A stretch of 18,241 nt of DNA from Vulcanimicrobiota bacterium. GTDB lineage: Bacteria; Vulcanimicrobiota; Vulcanimicrobiia; Vulcanimicrobiales; Vulcanimicrobiaceae. The stretch lies in the NCBI GenBank assembly GCA_003133025.1, contig PKZK01000033.1, positions 301 to 18,541 of the forward strand, written 5' to 3'. The notes under the pieces are model-generated. The model saw only the letters and a program-made list of their open reading frames with translations. It was not told the origin of the DNA and made no database searches. Each line of letters begins with the position of its first letter. Position 1 is the first letter of the stretch. Both the position numbers and the translations under genes were made by a program. Below are positions 9,839-17,900 of this stretch, piece after piece.

Positions 9839-10402
9839 GTGGCGCTAACGACTCTCGATCCCAACACGGCCCTGCTCGTCATCGATTTGCAGAAAGGCCT
9901 GCTCTCGTTTCCGACGGTCGATCCGATCGCCGGGATCGTCGCCCGCGCAGCCGAACTCGCCGGCGCGTTTCGCCGCCACGGACTTCCGGTGATACTCGTT
10001 AACGTGACCGGCGGCGCGCCCGGACGTGCCGAACAATCGCGTTCGCTCGGCGAGGTTCCGCCGGACTTTGCGGAGTTCGCGCCCGAACTGGAGCGTCAGC
10101 CCGGCGACCACGTCGTCAGCAAACGTACGTGGGGCGCGTTCGGCAACACCGGGCTCGACGCGTATCTCAAAGACCTCGGCGTGACGCAGATCGTGCTGGC
10201 CGGCGTGGCGACGAGCATCGGCGTCGAGTCGACCGCGCGGCAGGCGCACGAACTCGGCTACAACGTGACGCTCGCCATCGATGCGATGACCGACCGTAGC
10301 CGCGAGGCGCAGGAGAATAGCGTCACGCGCATCTTCCCGCGGCTGGGTGAAACGGGCACGACCGCCGAGATCGTGGCGCTCCTGGGCGCGGCGCGCGCCT
10401 GA
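9839..10402 (+). CDS. Isochorismatase/cysteine hydrolase family protein (YecD-like)
   Basis: GTG at 9839 after AAGGAG RBS; TALLVIDLQKG, SKRTWGAF, GVATSIGVESTARQAHELGY, DAMTD. Confidence 0.92.
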   Translation: MALTTLDPNTALLVIDLQKGLLSFPTVDPIAGIVARAAELAGAFRRHGLPVILVNVTGGAPGRAEQSRSLGEVPPDFAEFAPELERQPGDHVVSKRTWGAFGNTGLDAYLKDLGVTQIVLAGVATSIGVESTARQAHELGYNVTLAIDAMTDRSREAQENSVTRIFPRLGETGTTAEIVALLGAARA

Positions 10403-10408
10403 GGCCCG

Positions 10409-11320
10409 ATGCCGGAATTACCGGACATCAGCGCTTACCTCACCGCTCTGGAGCCACGCATCGTGGGCCGGACGCTCGAACGCGTCCGCTTAGCGGGCGT
10501 CTCGCTGTTGCGCACGGCCGATCCGCCGTTAGGCGACGTCGCGGGCCGCACCGTGCGCGAACTGCGGCGCATCGGTAAGCGCATCGTGCTCGGGCTCGAC
10601 GGCGACCTGTGGCTCGTGTTGCATCTGATGATCGCGGGCCGGCTCCAGTGGCGTCCGCCCGGCGTGGCGTTGTCGACGCGCCGCGACCTGGCCGCACTCG
10701 ATTTCGCCGCCGGCACGCTCGTGATCACCGAAGCCGGCACCAAGCGGCGCGCGTCGCTGCACGTGTTGCGCGGCGCCGACGCGCTCGCGGGGCTCGATCC
10801 CGGCGGCATCGACGCGTTTGCCGTCGATCTCGACGGCTTCAAACGGGCGCTCTCCATGGAGAATCGCACGCTGAAACGCGCGCTCACCGATCCGCGCATC
10901 GTCGACGGCATCGGCAACGCCTATTCCGACGAGATCTTGCACGCCGCGGGACTCTCGCCGATTTTGCTCACGGCCAAACTCTCCGGCGAGCAGTGGGAAC
11001 GGCTCTACGCCGCCACGCGCGCGACGCTGCGCTTATGGATCGATCGGCTCGGCGCGGAGGCACGAGTGGAGTTTCCCAAACGCGTCACCGCGTTTCGCGA
11101 CGACATGGCCGTGCACGGAAAGTTCGGCAAGCCGTGCCCGCGCTGCGGCCGGCCCGTGCAGCGCATCCGCTATGCCGATAACGAAACGAACTATTGCGCG
11201 GGCTGTCAGACCGGCGGCACGTTGCTGGCCGACCGGAGCCTTTCGCGCCTGCTCAAGGGCGACTGGCCGCGCACCCTCGAGGAACTCGAAGCGCTCAAAC
11301 GGCCCGCGCCCGGTTCGTAG
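10409..11320 (+). CDS. Fpg/Nei family DNA glycosylase/AP lyase (Fpg2-like)
   Basis: N-terminal PELPD, RIGKRI, H2TH GIGNAYSDEILH, zinc finger CPRC...YCAGCQ. Confidence 0.9.
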   Translation: MPELPDISAYLTALEPRIVGRTLERVRLAGVSLLRTADPPLGDVAGRTVRELRRIGKRIVLGLDGDLWLVLHLMIAGRLQWRPPGVALSTRRDLAALDFAAGTLVITEAGTKRRASLHVLRGADALAGLDPGGIDAFAVDLDGFKRALSMENRTLKRALTDPRIVDGIGNAYSDEILHAAGLSPILLTAKLSGEQWERLYAATRATLRLWIDRLGAEARVEFPKRVTAFRDDMAVHGKFGKPCPRCGRPVQRIRYADNETNYCAGCQTGGTLLADRSLSRLLKGDWPRTLEELEALKRPAPGS

Positions 11321-11376
11321 CCATTTTGCACGGTCCCGGCGGGACGCGCCATGTGCGCCGCGAAGCCGAACGCGAC

Positions 11377-11814
11377 ATGCGTCGAGTTTTTGTGTTCAGC
11401 GCCATCGCGCTTGCCGCCGGCCTCGCCGCCTGCGGCGGTAACGGACCCGCCGGATCGTGCAATCCCGGTCCGACGTTGGCCGCTCCGACCTTGCTCTTCC
11501 CAATACCCGGAACGAGCGGCGTGCCGACGAACGCGAATTACTTGGTGGTCGACAACGTCGGCCCGGCGAGCGGCACGCTGTATCTCACGCCGCCCGGCGG
11601 CGGCGTGCCGATTGCGGCGCAGGCGCTCGCGCCCGTACCGTCGCCCGCGCCCTCGCCCGCGGCATCGGCCGCACCCGGCGCGACGATCTTGGCTGCGTCG
11701 ATTCCAAACCTCTCGCCGAACTCGACCTACACGGTCACCTTCACGGCGAATCAGCCCACGCAATGTGTCGAAGCGCAGAGCAGCGGCACGATAGGATCGT
11801 TTACCACCCAATGA
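11377..11814 (+). CDS. Lipoprotein of unknown function
   Basis: ATG at 11377; signal MRRVFVFSAIALAAGLAAC with lipobox LAAC; Pro/Ala/Ser-rich body. Confidence 0.8.
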   Translation: MRRVFVFSAIALAAGLAACGGNGPAGSCNPGPTLAAPTLLFPIPGTSGVPTNANYLVVDNVGPASGTLYLTPPGGGVPIAAQALAPVPSPAPSPAASAAPGATILAASIPNLSPNSTYTVTFTANQPTQCVEAQSSGTIGSFTTQ

Positions 11815-12266
11815 TCAAACGTCTCGCGCTCTTCGCAGCCTTCGGCGCGGTTGCCGCAATAGCGGCCTGCAGCAACGCCAACGACGGCAGCGGCGGTTGC
11901 AGCACGCCGCAAGCGCCGCTTCCGGTGTTGCTCTATCCCGCGCCCAACTCGACCGGCATCAACCCCGGTTTGCCCTACGTTGCGGTGTATAAATTGGGCG
12001 GCGCGCTCGGCTACGTCGAGCTGATTCCGACCGACTCCGAAGAGCCGACGTTGCAGGGCGCGCAATTCATCCTGGCCTCGCCACTGCCGTTGCCGAGCCC
12101 GGCCGCCTCCGCGCCGGCAAACGCGACGATCTACAGTTCGGCCGTGCCCGGCGACGAACTGATTTCCGGCGCGACCTACAACGTGAAGTTCGTGCACAAC
12201 ACCCAGCCGCCGTGCGGGCCGCAGCAGCCGAGCGGTGTGATCGGTCAGTTCACGGTCTCGAACTAG
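11811..12266 (+). CDS. Lipoprotein of unknown function, paralog of the upstream gene
   Basis: ATGA overlap; signal MIKRLALFAAFGAVAAIAAC with lipobox IAAC; shares several motifs with 11377..11814. Confidence 0.8.
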   Translation: MIKRLALFAAFGAVAAIAACSNANDGSGGCSTPQAPLPVLLYPAPNSTGINPGLPYVAVYKLGGALGYVELIPTDSEEPTLQGAQFILASPLPLPSPAASAPANATIYSSAVPGDELISGATYNVKFVHNTQPPCGPQQPSGVIGQFTVSN

Positions 12267-12289
12267 CGGCCCCCGCGGCGCCGGGGGAG

Positions 12290-12320
12290 AGCTGAACTTT
12301 TCGAGAAGAAAACTTCAGCT
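12290..12320. promoter_or_regulatory. 13-bp inverted repeat upstream of the molybdoenzyme (operator or RNA hairpin)
   Basis: AGCTGAACTTTTC-gagaa-GAAAACTTCAGCT, one mismatch, AT-rich, ending 11 nt before the GGAGG RBS. Confidence 0.55.
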
Positions 12321-12344
12321 ACCGTTTGCGCGGAGGTTCGTCGC

Positions 12345-13508
12345 TTGCCCGTTCCTCGTTTGACCGCGGCCTTCAGCCGTTCGAGATTTCTCGCGGGCGC
12401 GAGTGCGCTTGCCGGCGCCGCCGTGCCGCTGCGCGTAGCGGCCGCGCCCCAGCGCTACGAGCTCCGCGAGTTGGTCGCGCGGCCGTACGATCTCGAAACG
12501 CCGTTGCAGTATTTCCGGTCGTTCATCACGCCGACCGAGGCCTTCTTCGTGCGCAGCCACTTCGGGCCGCCCGCCGACTGGCCGCCCGCCGCGTTTGCAC
12601 TCGAGATCAAAGGCCTCGTGCAGAAGCCGGTCTCGCTCACGCTCGCCGACCTGCGCGCGTTGCCGAGCCATAGCGTCACCTGTGTGATTCAGTGCGCGGG
12701 CAACGGCCGAGCGTTCTATCGCCCGCGGCCCGCGGGTGCGCAGTGGCATTGGGGCGCAGTCGGAAACGCGCGCTTTACCGGCGTGAAACTCAAGGACGTG
12801 ATCGCGCGCGCCGGTGGACTTCAGGGCTCGCCCGCGCATCTCGGGGTGGTGCCCGCCGATCACGCACCCTCGCCGCAAACGCCGCTCTTCAATCGCAGCA
12901 TTCCGATCGAGAAGGCGCTCGACGAGGATACGATTCTCGCGTACGACATGAACGACGCGCCGCTCAACGTGGAGCACGGCGGCCCGCTGCGCCTGATCGT
13001 GCCGGGCTGGGCGGGCGACAACCACGTCAAGTGGCTGCTCTCGATCTCGCCCCAAACCGACGAGACGCACGGTTTCTACATGGATACCGGCTATCGCTAT
13101 CCCGACGTGCTCGGCGAGCCCGGCGTCGCGATTCCGCCGGAGAAGACGCATCACGTGACCGACATGCCGATCAAATCGATCATCGCCAACCCGCTCGACG
13201 GCGAGACCGTGTCGGCGGGTCACTTCACGGTGCAGGGCGTCGCCTTCACCAGTCGCGGCGAGATCGATCGCGTCGAAGTGTCGAGCGACGGCGGCGCGAG
13301 TTGGCAGCCCGCCGAACTCGGTCCCGACCGGGCGAAGTATGCGTGGCGTCTGTGGCAAGCCGACGTGCAACTCAAGCCCGGCGCCGCAACGCTCTCGGCG
13401 CGCGCGTTCGACACCGCCGGCGGCGCGCAGCCCGCGGCGCAGGAGTGGAATCCGAGCGGCTATTTTTGGAACGTCTACCATTCGGTGGGCGTCGAGGTGC
13501 GTGCATGA
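12345..13508 (+). CDS. Sulfite oxidase family molybdopterin enzyme (SorA/SoxC-like), exported
   Basis: TTG after GGAGG; FFVRSH, IQCAGNGR (Mo-ligating Cys), HGGPLRLIVPGWAG..VKWL, C-terminal dimerisation domain (VEVSSDGGASW, WNPSGY). Confidence 0.93.
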   Translation: MPVPRLTAAFSRSRFLAGASALAGAAVPLRVAAAPQRYELRELVARPYDLETPLQYFRSFITPTEAFFVRSHFGPPADWPPAAFALEIKGLVQKPVSLTLADLRALPSHSVTCVIQCAGNGRAFYRPRPAGAQWHWGAVGNARFTGVKLKDVIARAGGLQGSPAHLGVVPADHAPSPQTPLFNRSIPIEKALDEDTILAYDMNDAPLNVEHGGPLRLIVPGWAGDNHVKWLLSISPQTDETHGFYMDTGYRYPDVLGEPGVAIPPEKTHHVTDMPIKSIIANPLDGETVSAGHFTVQGVAFTSRGEIDRVEVSSDGGASWQPAELGPDRAKYAWRLWQADVQLKPGAATLSARAFDTAGGAQPAAQEWNPSGYFWNVYHSVGVEVRA

Positions 13509-13846
13509 AGTTCGCGCTCGCGCCGCTCGCCGCGGCCCTGCTCTTACTCGCGACATCGGGTAATCCCGCGCGCGCGATCGACGATCCGGGCAAACTGCTG
13601 CCGCCTGGTCCGGGCAAAGATTTGGTCTTGGAACATTGTCAGGCGTGTCATTCGGTCACCCTGATCGTGCAACAGCACATCAGCGAGAAAGGCTGGACCG
13701 GCGAACTCGTCAAGATGGAGAAGTGGGGCTCGACCTTGCCCGCCGACGATAACGCGGCGGTGGCGGCCTACCTCGAGAAATACTTCAACCCGGATTCGCC
13801 CGACGGACCGCCGCGCATGCGGCTCACGCCCAAACAGCCCGGCTGA
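13505..13846 (+). CDS. Monoheme c-type cytochrome (SorB-like partner subunit)
   Basis: ATGA overlap with the molybdoenzyme; Sec signal; LPPGPGKDLV..CQACH heme motif; W...KM candidate axial Met. Confidence 0.9.
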   Translation: MKFALAPLAAALLLLATSGNPARAIDDPGKLLPPGPGKDLVLEHCQACHSVTLIVQQHISEKGWTGELVKMEKWGSTLPADDNAAVAAYLEKYFNPDSPDGPPRMRLTPKQPG

Positions 13847-13913
13847 GCCCGCCAGGTGCCGGAGCGGCCCGGCGCAAAGCCCGCCTCAGACTGCTTCCGC
13901 GGAGGGTTTTACC

Positions 13914-14468
13914 TTGACGGTTCGTCACGTATTGTTCGGCGTCGCACTCGCCGCCACGTTTGCGGCCTCGGCCGCATCGTCGTTCGCGCAAGCGAAGATG
14001 ACCGCGTCGCAAATGGTCGACCCCAAGATCCTGGTCGCGCGCATCGATGCCAATTGCGCCGTCTTCGCCAATGCGATCAAGAGCCAACCGGCCACCGACG
14101 TGGTGCGGCGCGGCACGACGGTCTGGAAACTCGCGAGCGACGGCGACATCGCGGTCGCGGAAAAGACGGCGACCGTGGTCAGCTACGCAAAGGTCTGGAA
14201 GCAGAGCGGAAACTACGTATGGGCGCACGTCGTCACGCACGATGCCAAAGGTGATGCCCGGGCCTCGCAACTCTGCTTCCGCACCGACGGCAGCCTCGCG
14301 CGCGTGCGGCAAGCAACGACGATCGCGAGCCTGAATGCGGCCTCGGCGCGCCAAGCCTACTACAACGTCGACGGCTCGCTGATCCGTAAGAGTGCGGCGT
14401 TCGCCGTCGACGACCCGTCCATTTACAAGGCGGTTCGCAGCCTGCCGTTCTTCAAGATCCTTCCCTAA
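13914..14468 (+). CDS. Secreted hypothetical protein
   Basis: TTG after GGAGGG; signal peptide ending SFA-Q; GC3-rich codon pattern. Confidence 0.75.
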   Translation: MTVRHVLFGVALAATFAASAASSFAQAKMTASQMVDPKILVARIDANCAVFANAIKSQPATDVVRRGTTVWKLASDGDIAVAEKTATVVSYAKVWKQSGNYVWAHVVTHDAKGDARASQLCFRTDGSLARVRQATTIASLNAASARQAYYNVDGSLIRKSAAFAVDDPSIYKAVRSLPFFKILP

Positions 14469-14492
14469 GTTTTCGCTGGAGGCCACACGCTC

Positions 14493-14894
14493 ATGAAGAA
14501 ACTCGTTGCCGTCACCGCGCTCGCGCTCGGCGTTGCCCTCATCGCCCCGGCGGCACGTGCCGATGGTGGACATCGCGTGTTCCCGCTGTTGGCGCAGAAC
14601 GGCTCGGGCGAGATCGGGGCCGTCGTGCTGACGCCGCTGGGCACGAAAACCCGCGTCGAGATCGCGCTCGGAAACTCGCCGCCGGGCGTGTCTCAGCCCG
14701 CGCACGTCCACGTCGGGCCATGCTCGAAGCTAACGCCCAAGCCTTCGTACGGCCTCGCCTCGGTGCTCGACGGCTACTCGGTGACGACGCTCGACGTGCC
14801 CATCGATACGCTGCTGAACGGTACGTTTTCCGTCAACGTGCACAAATCGGCGACCGAAGCCGCCACGTACGTGGCCTGCGGCGACCTGAAGTAG
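14493..14894 (+). CDS. Small secreted CHRD-like / Cu,Zn-SOD-fold protein
   Basis: GGAGG RBS; signal peptide ending ARA; QPAHVHVGPC, VNVHKS, YVACGDL motifs. Confidence 0.75.
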   Translation: MKKLVAVTALALGVALIAPAARADGGHRVFPLLAQNGSGEIGAVVLTPLGTKTRVEIALGNSPPGVSQPAHVHVGPCSKLTPKPSYGLASVLDGYSVTTLDVPIDTLLNGTFSVNVHKSATEAATYVACGDLK

Positions 14895-14987
14895 GCCGGT
14901 TTTTGGTCGCGGGCACGACCTAGGAGGCAGGCGGGGACCGTCCGCTGCCTTAGAATGAGGGTATCGTGCTGTACACGGAGCCCTTGC

Positions 14988-17900
14988 GTGCCTGAAACCA
15001 TCGTGAGCGTCACCCTGCCCGAAATGGGCGAGTCGGTGACCGAGGGCTCCGTCGTCGAATGGCGCGTCAAACCGGGGCAGTGGATCGAGGAGGGCGCCAC
15101 CCTCGTCGACATCACGACCGATAAGGTCGACGTCGAGGTGCCCGCCCCCGCCTCGGGCCTGGTGAAAGCCGTGCTCGCCGGCGAGGGCGACACGGTGCTG
15201 GTCGGCGCCACCCTCGCCGAGATCGATACCTCCGCCGAGAAACCCGCCGAGGGCGCCGCTCCGGCCGCGGCGACCAACGGGGCAGCGAAGCCGGCGCCGG
15301 CCGCCAAGACCGCGACCGGGAACGGCCACGCAGTCGGCGGACCCATTTCCTACCGCGCCCAGCGCCTGGCCGAGCGCGAACATCTCGACCTCTCGAAGCT
15401 CGCCGGCTCAGGGCCTGAGGGCCTCGTCACGCGCGATGACGTCATCCGTGCCGTCTCCACGCCCGCCGGCCGAGCGGCGCTCGCCGGGAACGGCAAGGCC
15501 GCCTCGGCGCATCCCGCCCCGCCGCTGCCGCCCCCGGGCGCGACCATCGTGCCGCTCAAGGGTCCGGCGGGTTCGCTCGTCGGGTACATGGAGGCGAGCC
15601 TCGCGATACCCACCGCGACCAGCTTCCGCACGCTGCAAGTCGGCGTGCTCGAGCAGCGTCGCGTCGAAGCGAACGCCGCGCTCAAATCCGCGGGACGCCG
15701 CGAGAAGCTCTCGTTCACGCACCTGATCGCCTACGCGCTCGTGCGCGCTGCGAAATCGGATCCCGCGATCGTCGCCTCGTTCCGTCGCGAGGACGGTTCG
15801 CCCGCGCGCGTCGAGAGCGGCATACATCTGGGCATCGCGGTCGACGCGCAGCGCAAGGATGGTTCGCGCGTGCTGGTCGTGCCCGTCATCAGAGACGCGG
15901 CCTCGCTCGGTTTCGCCGACTTCCGCGCGCGTTACGACGAACTGATCGCCAAAGCGCGCGACGGCAAACTGGTTGCCGACGAATTGACCGGCGCCACGTT
16001 CACGCTGACCAATCCCGGCGGCATCGGCACCGTCGCGTCCGTGCCGCGCCTGATGCAGGGTCAAGGTGCGATCATCGCCGCGGGCGCGATCGGCTATCCC
16101 GCGGGCTTCCAGCGCGCGCCCGAAGCGACGCTGCGCCAACTCGGCGTCGAGAAGACGATGACGTTGACCAGCACCTACGACCACCGCGTCATCCAAGGCG
16201 CGCAATCGGGCGAATACCTGCGCGTCGTGGATCAGTTGCTGCAGGGTGCTGAAGGCTTCTACGAAGACGCATTCGCGAGCCTGGGCATCGGCGCGCCGCG
16301 CGCATTGCCCACGGGCTCGCCGCTTGCGCCCGCGCAACCGGTTGCGGTCACCGATCAGCCCGCCGTCGCGCCGCGCGAGTTCGAGCCGTATTCCGACGAG
16401 TTGCTGCGCGCCGTCGCAGCCGGCATGGCGATCGTCTCGTCGTATCGCCGCCACGGACATTTGGCCGCTACGCTCGACCCGCTGGGAACGCAGCCGCAAG
16501 GCGACCCCGCGCTCGACTGGCACAATTACGGCCTCACGCCTTCGGTGATGTCGGCCGTGCCCGCGGCGGTGCTGCGCACGAAGCTCAAGGGCAGCACGCT
16601 CGCCGACATCGTCGAGAAGTTGCGCGAGACCTACGGTTCGACGATCGCCTACGAAGTGGAGCACATCGCCAACATCGAGCAGCGCGAGTGGTTGCGCGAC
16701 TACATCGAATCGGGCAAACACTTCGTGCCGATCTCGCCCGACCGCGCGCGCGACGTGCTCGGCCGGCTGACCAAGGTGGAAACCTTCGAGCGCTATTTGC
16801 GCAAGACGTACATCGGCCAGAAGACGTTCTCGATCGAGGGCGTCGATGCGATGGTGCCGATGCTCGAAGAGATCATCACCCTGCTTTCCGACGACGGCGT
16901 GCAGACGGCGGTCATCGGCATGGCCCATCGCGGCCGCCTGGCCACGATCGCACACGTGGTCAACCGCCCGTACGAAGAACTGCTGGCCGAATTCGAGGCC
17001 GCCGACTTGCGCCGCGCCGATGCGGCGGATGCCGACGACGTAACCGGCGACGTCAAGTATCACCACGGGGCCGAGGGCACGTATCCGACACGCCCGGGCG
17101 TGGAGATCGCCGTCACGCTGGCCAACAATCCGAGCCACCTCGAAGCAGTCGACGGCGTGGTGGAAGGCCGCACGCGCGCGCTCCAGACCGATCACGATAC
17201 GCCGATCGCGAAGTTGGTCACCGGCAGGGCCGCGCCGATCCTCATCCACGGCGATGCCGCCTTCAGCGCGCAAGGCGTGGTGGCCGAAGTACTCAACTTG
17301 CAAGCGCTCGCGGGCTATGCCACCGGCGGCACGCTGCACATCATCGCCAACAACCAGATCGGTTTCACCACCGATCCGTCCGACGCGCGCTCGACGCGCT
17401 ACGCTTCAGATTTGGCCAAGGGCTTCGACGTGCCGATCGTGCACGTCAACGCCGACGACGTCGACGCGTGCATGGCCGCCGTGCATCTCGCCGTCGACTT
17501 CCGGCGCCGCTTCGGCCACGACGTGATCATCGATCTCATCGGCTACCGCCGCTTCGGGCACAACGAAACGGACGAGCCGGCGTACACGCAGCCCGGACTC
17601 TACGAGCGCATCAAGACACACCCCACGGTGCGCGAACTCTACGCACAAAAGTTGATCGCGCAAGGCGTGATCGGCGCCGACGAGGCGAACGCGCTGTCGA
17701 CCGCTGCGACGGTGCGCATCACCGAGGCGCATCAGGCCGTCAAGAACGGCACCTGGCACCGGCCGCCGGCGATCAGTCCGCCGGCGCCCGACGTGGCCGA
17801 CGACGTGAAGCTCGACACGACCGTGTCGCGCGAAAAGCTGCTGGCTTGGAACGACGAGTTGCTGGCCGTGCCGCCGTCGTTTACCGTGCATCCCAAGCTC

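Noticed and set aside
12692..13504. Long N-terminal extension of the cytochrome c ORF
   Set aside because: Off-frame read of the molybdoenzyme; the signal peptide starts at ATG 13505
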